This document shows, piece by piece, positions 17,112-26,749 of a DNA stretch of 64,000 bases. How positions within the stretch are numbered: position 1 is the stretch's first letter; every line of letters starts with the position of its first letter. Where the stretch lies: positions 470 to 64,469 of the forward strand of contig CAIKHZ010000040.1 in assembly GCA_903827375.1 (NCBI GenBank). Direction: 5' to 3'. The DNA is from Akkermansiaceae bacterium. GTDB taxonomy: Bacteria; Verrucomicrobiota; Verrucomicrobiia; Verrucomicrobiales; Akkermansiaceae. Under the pieces are notes generated by a model. That model did no database searches. It saw only the letters and a list, made by a program, of their open reading frames with translations, and was not told the DNA's origin. The position numbers and the translations under genes were made by a program.

Positions 17112-18983
17112 ATGAAATCCACCCTTCTGGCCCTAGTCGCACTGCTGTCCGCATCGATCCACGCCGCCGAATTTCACGTCGCAACCACCGGCGACGACAC
17201 CCAGCCCGGCTCCCTAACGGCCCCGCTGCGCACGATCCAACACGCCGCCGTCCTCGCCCAAGCGGGCGACGTCATCACCGTGCACGCCGGCGTCTATCGA
17301 GAACGCGTCAATCCGCCCCGCGGCGGGGAATCTGACGCCAAGCGCATCGTCTATCAAGCCGCTCCAGGTGAGAAGGTGGAGGTCAAGGGCTCGGAAGTGG
17401 TCAAGGGATGGGTCAAGGTCCAGGAGGACGTCTGGAAGGTGAGTGTGCCTAACACCTTGTTCGGTTCCTTCAACCCCTACAGTGACCTGATTCACGGCGA
17501 TTGGTTCTGGGACCGGGGCCGGGCGCATCACACGGGTGCCGTCTATCTGAATGGCGAATGGCTTGCCGAGGCCGCCAAACTCGACGAGGTACTCAAGCCC
17601 ATCGGCCAGGCCCCCCGGTGGTTCGGCCAGGTGGACAACGATGGAACCACGCTGTGGGCGCAGTTCAAGGCCATCGACCCTAACGAGCAACTCGTCGAAA
17701 TCAACGTCCGCCAAACGGTTTTCTATCCGGACAAACCGGGCCGCAATTTTCTCACCGTGCGCGGCTTTATGATGCGCCAGGCTGCCACCCCGTGGGCCCC
17801 GCCGACGGCGGAGCAGATCGGCTTGATCGGCAGCCACTGGAGCAAGGGCTGGATCATCGAAGATAACATCATTTCGGATTCGGCCTGCAGTGGGTTGAGC
17901 TTGGGCAAGTACGGTGACGAGTTTGATAACAAGTCGTCCAATTCGGCTGAGGGCTACGTAGGCACGATCCGCCGCGGGCTGGACAACGGTTGGAGCAAGG
18001 ACTCGATCGGGCATCATATTGTGCGAAACAACACCATCTCGCACTGCGGCCAGACGGGCATTGTCGGCAGTCTTGGCGCGGCCTTCAGCCAGATTATCGG
18101 CAACACAATTCATGATATCCATGTCTGGCGGGTGTACGACGGTTGCGAGCAGGCCGGCATCAAATTCCACGGGGCGGTTGATACTGAGATTCGCGGCAAT
18201 CACGTCTATCGGGCATACCGCGGGCTGTGGCTCGACTGGATGGCTCAGGGCACCCGAGTCACCTCCAACCTGTTCCATGATAACAGTGAGGAAGATATGT
18301 ATGTGGAGGTCAATCACGGCCCGTTTCTTGTGGATAACAACCTCTTCCTGTCACACCGAAGCCTCTGGGATATGTCCGAGGGCGGATCCTATGCACACAA
18401 TTTGCTAACCGGAAAAATCGACAATTGGTATGACATGGGGCGGCTCACTCCCCACTTGCAACCGCACTCGACGGCTATCGTTGGCTTGACCATCACGCAG
18501 GGCGGAGATAATCGTTTTTTCAACAATATTTTCGTCGGACAAGGACTCCCCAGTGATGCTCCCGTGTGGACCGGCGACCCCAAAAAGAGCATCAGTGGTT
18601 GCGGCCTCTGGGTGTACGATGCTAGAAACTTCACCCTGCTAACCGGCGGAAACGCCTATTTCAATGGGGCCCGACCCTGCCGCAACGAGGCTACACCGCT
18701 GACACTGCCGGAAGTCGATCCCAAGATCAAACTCACTGAAAAAGAGCACCATATCTATCTTGATCTGACGCTCGGGCAGGCGATGCACAAGGCGAGCACC
18801 GCTATGGTGACAACTAACACGTTAGGAAAATCTCGCGTCTCGGGCCTGGCTTATGAGAACCCGGACGGATCACCATTGAAAATTGACAGAGACTATTTTG
18901 GCAAGCCACGGGATCCGGCCACTCCCACTGTCGGCCCGTTTGAAAACCTAGGCCCCGGCTCGCTCAACCTCAAGCTCCGCTGA
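17112..18983 (+). CDS. Secreted parallel beta-helix glycoside hydrolase, GH120 (beta-xylosidase XylC)-like
   Basis: Signal peptide; GVYRERVNP, HHTGAVYLNG, AATPWAPPTAEQIGLIG..WSKGWIIEDN, AGIKFHGAVD, GLWLDW.AQGTRV and EVNHGPFLVDNN match my recollection of GH120 proteins. Confidence 0.8.
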   Translation: MKSTLLALVALLSASIHAAEFHVATTGDDTQPGSLTAPLRTIQHAAVLAQAGDVITVHAGVYRERVNPPRGGESDAKRIVYQAAPGEKVEVKGSEVVKGWVKVQEDVWKVSVPNTLFGSFNPYSDLIHGDWFWDRGRAHHTGAVYLNGEWLAEAAKLDEVLKPIGQAPRWFGQVDNDGTTLWAQFKAIDPNEQLVEINVRQTVFYPDKPGRNFLTVRGFMMRQAATPWAPPTAEQIGLIGSHWSKGWIIEDNIISDSACSGLSLGKYGDEFDNKSSNSAEGYVGTIRRGLDNGWSKDSIGHHIVRNNTISHCGQTGIVGSLGAAFSQIIGNTIHDIHVWRVYDGCEQAGIKFHGAVDTEIRGNHVYRAYRGLWLDWMAQGTRVTSNLFHDNSEEDMYVEVNHGPFLVDNNLFLSHRSLWDMSEGGSYAHNLLTGKIDNWYDMGRLTPHLQPHSTAIVGLTITQGGDNRFFNNIFVGQGLPSDAPVWTGDPKKSISGCGLWVYDARNFTLLTGGNAYFNGARPCRNEATPLTLPEVDPKIKLTEKEHHIYLDLTLGQAMHKASTAMVTTNTLGKSRVSGLAYENPDGSPLKIDRDYFGKPRDPATPTVGPFENLGPGSLNLKLR

Positions 18984-19024
18984 TATCATAACGCAACTTT
19001 TCCACAACAACCCATTATCACACG

Positions 19025-20323
19025 ATGAAACTAACAAAATTAATGATTGCAGGCGCGCTGGCATGTGCCGTCCTGGCGGAGGGAGTGCTAGCGGGGGAGC
19101 CGGAGTTTGCGCTTGGCGGGGGCGGGCGGGTGCTGTTGCTGGGCGATAGCATCACCGAACAAAAACTATACACCACCTACATTGAAGCCTACACCGTAAC
19201 GCGTCTGCCAAAGCAGAAATTCAGTTTTTTCAATTCCGGTTGGGGCGGGGATACCTCGTGGTTGCGGATGCGCTCGTTTCCTGACGAGAAGGAGATGTTC
19301 GCGGCGGAAGGCGATGCCCAACAAAAGCTTGTTGAAGCTTCGGTTGACGAGCCGCTCAACCGTGATGTGGTGGCATTCAAGCCCAACGTGGTGTTTATCA
19401 ACTTCGGGATGAACGACCACAATTACGAGGCGTTCCGCGAGGATATTTTCAAAACCTATGTCCGCAGCCAGACACACCTGACGAAGACGCTCACCAAGAA
19501 CGGCATCCGTGTCGTGCTGCTCACACCACAACCGATAGAGAATCGCAGCGGCGATCCCTCCGGCGACGTGCGCAACCAGGCGCTGAGCAAATTCGCCGAA
19601 GGCCTCAAGGACGTGGCAGCCAAACAGGGTGCAACCTTTGTCAACCAGTTCGACCCCTATATGGCCATCATGCGCCGCGAACATGCCTTGAATGTGGGTG
19701 CTTGCATCGGCGGCGGCGATGAAATCCACCCAGGTCCGACCGGCCACACGCTGATGGCCTCAATCATATTAAAACAACTTCACGCCCCGGCACTGGTGTC
19801 CAGCGCAACCCTCGAGGTCAACGCCGACCTCAGTGCCAAGCTGGTGGGCGCGGTGCAATGTGCTGTGACCAACGTCAAGTACGAGAAGAACCAACTCAGC
19901 TTCGATCGGGCAGACGAGTGCCTGCCAATGCCGGTGGATGAGCGGGCGATGCCAGCCTTGAAGCTCGCCCCGCTGCTCGACGACCTCAACCGCTACGAGT
20001 TGAAAGTGGCCGGCCTCAAGGAGGGCCGTTATGATATCTTGATCGACGGGCAAGCCGCAACGAGCGTCACCCACCTCGAACTGGCCACTGGCTGGAATAT
20101 GGCGGTGAGCGCCGGCCCGATCACCCGCCAAGCTTGTGACGTGTTGGCTCTCATTTTTAAGAAAAACCTCGTCGGACAAGCGTTATGGGAAGCTCAGATT
20201 CATGGCCGAAAGGCGAAATTGCCAGGTCTTCAAACACAACGTGACGAGCTTGAAGCACAGATCAACGCCACCTGCCAGCCCAAGCCACATCATTTCGTCA
20301 TCCAGCCGGTGGGCCCGTCGTGA
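19025..20323 (+). CDS. Secreted SGNH/GDSL hydrolase (probable carbohydrate esterase)
   Basis: Block I LLGDSIT, block II SGWGG, block III NFGMND and block V DEIHP; signal peptide. Confidence 0.85.
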   Translation: MKLTKLMIAGALACAVLAEGVLAGEPEFALGGGGRVLLLGDSITEQKLYTTYIEAYTVTRLPKQKFSFFNSGWGGDTSWLRMRSFPDEKEMFAAEGDAQQKLVEASVDEPLNRDVVAFKPNVVFINFGMNDHNYEAFREDIFKTYVRSQTHLTKTLTKNGIRVVLLTPQPIENRSGDPSGDVRNQALSKFAEGLKDVAAKQGATFVNQFDPYMAIMRREHALNVGACIGGGDEIHPGPTGHTLMASIILKQLHAPALVSSATLEVNADLSAKLVGAVQCAVTNVKYEKNQLSFDRADECLPMPVDERAMPALKLAPLLDDLNRYELKVAGLKEGRYDILIDGQAATSVTHLELATGWNMAVSAGPITRQACDVLALIFKKNLVGQALWEAQIHGRKAKLPGLQTQRDELEAQINATCQPKPHHFVIQPVGPS

Positions 20324-20327
20324 CCCA

Positions 20328-20546
20328 ATGAAAACACCTGATTTATTTCCCACATTCGGACTCTTGTTCATCTTCGCTTGCTGCAAAGCGACACTGCGGG
20401 CTGACCCGCCGCCGGGCGGAAAATGGTAACCTATCCCGGAGCCTACCGACGAGTTTAAAGGTGACAAACTGGATTCGACTAAATGGCACGATCACAACCC
20501 TGGCTGGAAAGGGCGTGAGCCGGGATTTTTCTCAGCTAACATGAAC
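20328..20546 (+). pseudogene. 5' remnant of a GH16 (beta-agarase/porphyranase-like) gene with an in-frame TAA
   Basis: [67 protein letters not shown]. The DEF.G..LD..KW...P.W.GR.PG.F pattern is the GH16 N-terminus. Similarity is lost after about 20546. Confidence 0.6.
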
Positions 20547-20915
20547 GCACACGTCCTTTATACACCAACGGAAAATGATCATTGGTCTTACCTTCAAGCA
20601 CCTTGGGAGGGATAGGGTGCTGACTCTCAGTCCTGAGTTTCCAGTGATCGTTGCCGCCGAACTTCTGGCACATTGTTCACGGCTCACATCCAGTAAAAAC
20701 TATCGACTGAAGCGGGATCATACGTTTCGTGCCGCAAGGGTGATGGGATCGGCATCAAGAACAACCAGGGCCTTTGGCGAGATACTCCCCTTTCAAAGCA
20801 CATGCAGGCAGTCTATCCGAAGAGTGTTTACGAACTGGACATCACAGGGGATAGCGGCTTTTACAGGGGCGCCGCCTGCGCTCCCCAGGCAGTGCCGTTG
20901 CCTAGCCGGGCGGGC

Positions 20916-21725
20916 TTAAGGCAATTTTTCCGGGCGGCGGCGGCGCTGGTCAAACAGCACGGTTTCCTGATAGCCGGCGGCCCGGGCCACGGCAATCGCT
21001 TGGGGGAAATCCCGGCCCACTTGGTCAGGTGCATGGGCGTCGGAAGAGAGCACCAAGGGAATGCCTGCCGAGCAAGCCAGCTTCAAAAACCGTGGGTCAG
21101 GATAGCATTGGGCGCAGGGTTTGTGCCAACCGGCTGTGTTCAATTCAATCACGCAGCCCGAGGCCGCCACCGCATCAATCACCGGTTCGTAATACCGGTC
21201 CAAATCTCCCGCCGGTACAAACCCGAATTTTTTCACCAAGTCCGGGTGGCCCAGAATATCGAACAATCCACTTGAGGCCATGTCGGCGTAAGAATTCCAA
21301 TAATGGGTCCAGATGCGTTCCAGATCCAGGGCGGCCCAGCGCGCCAGCCATTTGGGATTGTCGAAGTCCCAGATGCCCACCTCATCGGGCAGGTAGTGGA
21401 CCGAACCGATCAGGTAGTCCCACTGATGGCGGCCGCTGAGTTGCTCAATCCAAGGCTCGCAGCCCGGCAGCCAGTCGCATTCCAGCCCGGCGCGGATGGC
21501 CAGCCGCCCGTTGGCGTGTGTCCGTGCCCGCTCGATCCAGCCGAGGTACTCCGGCAGTTCGCGCTCTAGCATTCGCCAATCGTCAAACGGTTCTGGCAGC
21601 AGCGGCGCGTGATCCGAGACACCGAATTCGCTGAGACCGGCCGCCAGGGCGGCATCGACGTAAGCATGGGCATCGCCCTCGGCGTGGCGACACAAGGGGG
21701 TATGGCTGTGGTAATCGGCTGGCAC
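20916..21725 (-). CDS. Histidinol-phosphatase, PHP family (HisJ/HisK)
   Basis: DYHSHT, SDHAP, GLECD, LIGSVH, ILGHPD and SDAH metal ligands. Confidence 0.85.
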   Translation of the reverse strand: MPADYHSHTPLCRHAEGDAHAYVDAALAAGLSEFGVSDHAPLLPEPFDDWRMLERELPEYLGWIERARTHANGRLAIRAGLECDWLPGCEPWIEQLSGRHQWDYLIGSVHYLPDEVGIWDFDNPKWLARWAALDLERIWTHYWNSYADMASSGLFDILGHPDLVKKFGFVPAGDLDRYYEPVIDAVAASGCVIELNTAGWHKPCAQCYPDPRFLKLACSAGIPLVLSSDAHAPDQVGRDFPQAIAVARAAGYQETVLFDQRRRRPEKLP

Positions 21726-21809
21726 GGGGAATTATTCGGTGGGAATCGGAGTTGAACGGACCCCCGATCTCATACTAGACTCCGGCACGGCGCAAGCGCC
21801 AGCATCCCT

Positions 21810-22883
21810 ATGTCCGATTCCCCCTCAGATTTTCCAGCCGAGAACGTGGTCACCAAGCACCTTCTCGAGCAACTGCGCCGCCATCCTAAACGCGTCGTAT
21901 TCACCGAGGGCGAGGACCTCCGCATCCTCAAAGTCGCTGCTCACCTCGTCAAACAGGAAGCCGTCGCCCCCATCCTCTTGGGCAACCGCGATCGCATCCG
22001 TGCCCTAGCCGCCGCACACGGAGTCCCGCTCACCTTCATCCATATCGTCGATCCGCCCACCGCCACCGATTTCGGGCTGTTCTGCCGACGCATGGAAAAC
22101 ATGGCCCGCTACCGCACGCTTCAAGCGGCCAATCCGGCGGAAATTGTCGCCCGCCCGCATTATTTCGGCGCTTTGATGGTCCAATACGGGCAAGCTGATG
22201 CCATCGTCGGTGGCAACCAATCGATGCCTGCGGCCTTTTTCCGAGCTTTGATTCAGACGATCAAGCCGCTCCCTCATGTCGCCAAAATCTTTGCCACCAG
22301 CCTGATCTTGGGTGCCAACCTCAAGCACCTCGGCAACGAGGGCGTCCTGTTCCTTGCCGATACCGGTCTCATTCCCAACCCAACCGTCGAAGACCTCGCT
22401 GCCATCGCCCTCGAAACCGGAAAGCTCGCCCGCCACTTCCTCGGCCGCCCCCCACATGTCGCCATGCTCAGCCACTCCAACAAGGGCTCAGCCAGCACCC
22501 CCGATGCCAAACGCATGGCCGCCGCCGCCGCCCTCGCCCGTGAGCAAGCCGCTGCCGAATTTCTCGAAATTGAGATCGAAGGCGAGCTGCAAGCTGATGT
22601 GGCTATCGACCCGACAGCCGCAGAAACCAAGCTGCCCGGTGCGGAATCGCGCTCGTCCGCCGACGTGCTGGTGTTTCCCAATCTGGATGCCGCCCACATC
22701 TCACTCAAGCTCCTCCAGCACCTCGCCGGTGCCCAGGTCTATGGCCGGATCATCCTTGGCCTCTCGCGTCCTGCCGCTCAAATCCCCCTCGCTGCCTCCC
22801 TCGACACCATTTTCGGCACTACCGCAGCCGTCGCCGTTGAGGCCATCAAATTCCACCAGCTTTACCCTGACTCCGACTTCTAA
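21810..22883 (+). CDS. pta: Phosphate acetyltransferase (PTA_PTB family)
   Basis: KRVVFTEGED.RIL, VAMLSHS, EGELQADVA, VLVFPNLDAAHISLKL and GRIILGLSRP. Confidence 0.85.
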   Translation: MSDSPSDFPAENVVTKHLLEQLRRHPKRVVFTEGEDLRILKVAAHLVKQEAVAPILLGNRDRIRALAAAHGVPLTFIHIVDPPTATDFGLFCRRMENMARYRTLQAANPAEIVARPHYFGALMVQYGQADAIVGGNQSMPAAFFRALIQTIKPLPHVAKIFATSLILGANLKHLGNEGVLFLADTGLIPNPTVEDLAAIALETGKLARHFLGRPPHVAMLSHSNKGSASTPDAKRMAAAAALAREQAAAEFLEIEIEGELQADVAIDPTAAETKLPGAESRSSADVLVFPNLDAAHISLKLLQHLAGAQVYGRIILGLSRPAAQIPLAASLDTIFGTTAAVAVEAIKFHQLYPDSDF

Positions 22884-23737
22884 GTCCGCTCAATCGGCAG
22901 TCCGGTGATCTGGGCGATGATCTCGGGGGCAATGCCTGCCGCTTTCATTCCCGCCGCCGTCTCGAGCAAAGTCTCGGCCTTCCCCTCGGCCTTCCCCTCG
23001 GCGAATTTCCCACTCAGCAGGCTACGCTCGATCCTCACGGCGTCCCAAAATCCGTCATAGAGGGCGAGTTGTTCGCGTGTGAAACCGCATTCCTCGGCGA
23101 TGCCCAGGGCCTGACGCAGCGGCTCGTTGATCCCGACCTGGGCGCTGAATTCTTCCACTGAAAGATGCCCCTGACTGCCCGCATCCCCAGCTTCCCGCAG
23201 GAATTTGAGCCAGGCCCAGCGCAGTTTGCGCGCATCCTGCGGGTTGGTTTCACGGTATTTGGGCAATTCCACGAAAATCAGGCGCAATCCCTCAAGCACC
23301 CGCTGCGGGTTGCCGATTTCCACAATCTGATAGTCATGGTAGTAGGCATCTGGATCGGGATCGAAGGTGGCATCCAACAAGCTCAGGCCCCAGACCGGAC
23401 AGAGCAGATCGTAGCTCTCGCTTTTTTCCAACTGTCGCACGTAGGCCTTGCTAGCGTTGAAGAGCACCCTTTGCAGAAACGAGCCGGTCCATTGCATCTG
23501 CATTTCCACGATAAACTGGCGGCCGCTAGCATCTTTGCAGCGCACATCGACGATGCTGCTTTTGATGACCGGGATGTCCGGCACCTGCTCGCTGGGCAAA
23601 TACTCCAGCGAAGCGATGTATTGGCTCTCGTCCGAAAACGGCAACATCCCATTGAGAAAATTCCGCAAAATCTCCGGGTGCTCACCGAAAATCCGCTTGA
23701 ACACCAAGTCACTGCGCGGATCAAGAAAATGTGCCAT
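22880..23737 (-). mobile_element. Rpn family / PD-(D/E)XK nuclease 'transposase' gene
   Basis: LDPRSDLVFKRIFG, VDVRCKD..GRQFIVEMQ, IFVELPK, W..FL, and C-terminal EGKAEGKAE..A.GM..AGI..E.IAQITGL. No terminal inverted repeats seen. Confidence 0.88.
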
Positions 23738-23886
23738 GTCCCCAACAGGATGACTCACTGACGGCTGCTGTCAAGCCGACGGATCTGGACAAACCCAGCC
23801 TTGCTCATCAAACGCCCTGCCTACCCGCCCGAGGTTAGTTATGTTAGATTGACTTGGCCACCCCCGTCATTACATTCGGCCCGTTG

Positions 23887-24756
23887 ATGACTCTGCCATT
23901 TTTCCGACTCATTGCTGTGGTTCACGCCGTGTCCGGCTTGGCCCAGGCCCAGCTTGCCACCTCACTGCGCCTCTCCAAGACGCAATACCTCTCCGGTGAG
24001 CCCATTGTCGCAACCGTCACAGTGACCAATCACGCTGGCCGCGACATCGTGTTCCAAGGCGAGGCCCAACGCCCGTGGCTCGACTTCGTCATCACCAACA
24101 CTCACGGCGACTCGGCCACCCCCACAGGTCACAGCAGCTTTGGCACCCTGAAGATTTCAGCAGGCCAAACGTTGTCTCGCCAAGTTGACCTCTCCGCCCT
24201 TTTTCAACTCACCGACCCCGGAACCTACGCCACCACCGCCACGGTCCGCATGCCCGGACACGACGGCGAAACCACCACCACCAACCGCGTGTTCCTCACC
24301 GTTAGTCCGGGCCGCCCGTATTGGACACAAAAAGTAGGCATCGGTGACCGCTCCGGCAAAACCCGCGAATTCCGGGTTCTCAATTTCAGTGGTGATCAAA
24401 AATCCCAGCTCTACGCCCAAGTCCTCGATGGCCGCAGCGGCCTTCCAATCCGCACCTACTCGCTCGGCGAGGCTCTGCTCCTGCGCAAACCCAGCGTGAC
24501 TGTCGATAAAAACCAACGCATGCATGTGCTTTTCCTCACGAGCCCGGATACTTGGATTCATTGCCAGATCGATACCGACGGCCAACTCGCCGATCGCGCC
24601 ATCCACAAGTCCGGCCCCCAGGGCGATCCTCTCCTCATGACCGCCCCAGACGGCAGTGTCAGCGTCTCTAATAGCATCCTCTATGATCCCAAGGCCGCCG
24701 CCGCCGCTCGTGCCAAATTCCGTAAACTCTCCGAACGCCCATCCATCACGTTCTAA
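23887..24756 (+). CDS. Hypothetical exported beta-rich protein
   Basis: Signal-like N-terminus, Ig-like start (YLSGEPIVATVTVTN); no family recognised. The ORF track starts at TTG 23854. Confidence 0.65.
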   Translation: MTLPFFRLIAVVHAVSGLAQAQLATSLRLSKTQYLSGEPIVATVTVTNHAGRDIVFQGEAQRPWLDFVITNTHGDSATPTGHSSFGTLKISAGQTLSRQVDLSALFQLTDPGTYATTATVRMPGHDGETTTTNRVFLTVSPGRPYWTQKVGIGDRSGKTREFRVLNFSGDQKSQLYAQVLDGRSGLPIRTYSLGEALLLRKPSVTVDKNQRMHVLFLTSPDTWIHCQIDTDGQLADRAIHKSGPQGDPLLMTAPDGSVSVSNSILYDPKAAAAARAKFRKLSERPSITF

Positions 24757-24850
24757 AGCAAGCTCCGCAAAATTCACTTTTCCAAAAAAAACGCTTTACA
24801 ATTTTATAAATTATCAATATTTCCAAACTATCTGCAACGCCTCACAACCC

Positions 24851-25453
24851 ATGAAAAAGATTTTGCAATGGATGACGGTTTTGGCTCTTCTCGCCGTGGG
24901 GACAGCCGCGCAAGCTGCGGGGTTTCGCACGGTGGTCATTGATCCCGGCCACGGCGGGCATGATAGAGGGGGGCAATCGGGGCAAGTGTACGAAAAGCAT
25001 CTGGCCTTGGACACCGCCATCCGCTTGGAAAACCAACTGCGTCAACGCGGCATCAACACCGTCATGACCCGCCGCAGCGACTACTTTGTCTCGCTGCCCG
25101 AACGCGTCAACCTCGCCAACGGTTACCGCGACGCGATTTTTGTAGCCGTCCATTACAACTACACATGGAAGAGCGACGTCAGCGGTTTGGAGACCTACTA
25201 CTGCACGCCGCAAAGCCAGCAGCTTGCCCAATGCGTCCATGCCTCAGTGACGGCCCGCGTTCCGAGCCCCAACCGCGGAGTGAAATTTGCCCGCTACTTT
25301 GTCATACGCAACACCACGATCCCGGCGATTCTGGTGGAATGCGGATTTGTGAGTAATCCTAGCGAACGCAACCGCATGAAATCTGCATGGTTTCGTGACG
25401 GGCTCGCCCGCGGCATTGCCGAAGGGATCATGCGCTACCGCAACAGTTATTGA
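24851..25453 (+). CDS. N-acetylmuramoyl-L-alanine amidase (Amidase_3), stand-alone catalytic domain
   Basis: Signal peptide; VVIDPGHGG, EK, VAVHYN and ILVECGFVSN Zn ligands and catalytic Glu. Confidence 0.9.
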   Translation: MKKILQWMTVLALLAVGTAAQAAGFRTVVIDPGHGGHDRGGQSGQVYEKHLALDTAIRLENQLRQRGINTVMTRRSDYFVSLPERVNLANGYRDAIFVAVHYNYTWKSDVSGLETYYCTPQSQQLAQCVHASVTARVPSPNRGVKFARYFVIRNTTIPAILVECGFVSNPSERNRMKSAWFRDGLARGIAEGIMRYRNSY

Positions 25454-25475
25454 GCCGCCCGCGCTATCGACCCGC

Positions 25476-26231
25476 ATGCCATTGCTTCTCGGCGTCAATA
25501 TAGATCATATCGCCACCCTGCGCCAGGCTCGTTATGCCCGCAACCCTGAGGCTCCTAACGCCGAACCCTCCCCCTTGGTGGCCGCCTTCGATGCGCTTGC
25601 AGGTGGTGCAGACTCGCTGACCATCCACGTCCGCGGCGACCGCCGTCACATGCAAGAGGCTGATGCGCTGCAGATCCGCGCCGAGTTGCCACTGCCGCTG
25701 AATTTTGAGATGGGTGTGACAGCGGAGATGCTGGCGTTTGCGCTGGAAATGACGCCGGACTTTGCCTGTCTGGTGCCGGAAAACCGTGCGGAAATCACGA
25801 CCGAGGGCGGTTTGAATGTCATCGGAAATTTTGGCTCAACCCTTGATGCCGTGAGCCAGCTCCAGGACAATGGCATCCGGGTGAGTTTGTTCATTGATCC
25901 GGATCTACCCCAAGTGGAGGCCGCCGCCCGCTGTGGTGCCAGCATGATCGAACTGCACACCGGTGCATTCGCCAACGCCTCCGATGATCTCAGAGAACAC
26001 GAAATTGCCCGTCTAGCCGCCGCTGCCCGCGCCGCCCATGCCGCCGGCCTTCAAGTCAATGCCGGCCATGGCATCAATTACTCCAATATCTCCCACCTCT
26101 GGGCCTTGCCCTATCTCTCAGAACTAAACATCGGCCACAGCATCGTCGCCCGCGCCCTGCGCGTCGGCCTCACCCAAGCCGTCCGCGATATGCGCCAGCT
26201 CATGGCCACTTACCCGCCTGACCTGAGATGA
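25476..26231 (+). CDS. pdxJ: Pyridoxine 5'-phosphate synthase
   Basis: LGVNIDHIATLRQAR, TIHVRGDRRH, CLVPE..EITTEGG, IELHTG, NAGHG and ELNIGHSIVARA. Confidence 0.95.
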   Translation: MPLLLGVNIDHIATLRQARYARNPEAPNAEPSPLVAAFDALAGGADSLTIHVRGDRRHMQEADALQIRAELPLPLNFEMGVTAEMLAFALEMTPDFACLVPENRAEITTEGGLNVIGNFGSTLDAVSQLQDNGIRVSLFIDPDLPQVEAAARCGASMIELHTGAFANASDDLREHEIARLAAAARAAHAAGLQVNAGHGINYSNISHLWALPYLSELNIGHSIVARALRVGLTQAVRDMRQLMATYPPDLR

Positions 26232-26620
26232 CCGTCCACGGCATCGGTATCGACGTTGTGGAAGTGGCCCGCCTTGCCTCTGCCATCGCCCGCCATGGCG
26301 AAGGCATCCTCGCCCGCCTCTTCACCCCTGCCGAACGGGCCTACTGCGATACCAAAAAAATTCCGTCGATCCACTACGCCGCCCGCTTTGCCGCTAAGGA
26401 GGCGGTAGCCAAAGCCCTCGGCACCGGCATCGGTGCCCATGCTAACTGGCTCGATCTCGAAGTCACTCATGGACCTGGAGGGGCCCCCACCCTCGGCCTT
26501 CACGGCGCGGCCGCCGCCTATGCCACGGCCCATGGCATCTGCGATATCCAAATCAGCCTGACCCACACGCACGCCCACGCCGCCGCCAATGCCATCGCCC
26601 TCAAAGAAGACAAGGCTTGA
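26228..26620 (+). CDS. acpS: Holo-ACP synthase
   Basis: GIGIDVVE, AARFAAKEAVAKALGTG and ISLTH; 4-nt overlap with pdxJ, the classic pdxJ-acpS pair. Confidence 0.92.
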   Translation: MTVHGIGIDVVEVARLASAIARHGEGILARLFTPAERAYCDTKKIPSIHYAARFAAKEAVAKALGTGIGAHANWLDLEVTHGPGGAPTLGLHGAAAAYATAHGICDIQISLTHTHAHAAANAIALKEDKA

Positions 26621-26749
26621 ATTTATCGGGGCTGGGCCTTACTTCAGACGTCGGAGGTGGCATTTGACGGAGGTGAAGCCAGACCGTTGAGCCGCCATTA
26701 TTTCACTAGCCATTAGAGTCCCCCGGACGTTGAGACCCGCAAAGCCCCT

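Noticed and set aside
20547-20915. Possible further gene remnant (GDGIGIKNNQGLWRDTPLSKHMQAVYPKSVYELD) in the same frame as the GH16 fragment
   Set aside because: There are several stops and I recognise no family. A BLASTx search would be needed.
22975-23002. 12-nt tandem repeat in the Rpn gene
   Set aside because: It encodes the EGKA repeats that are standard for this family.
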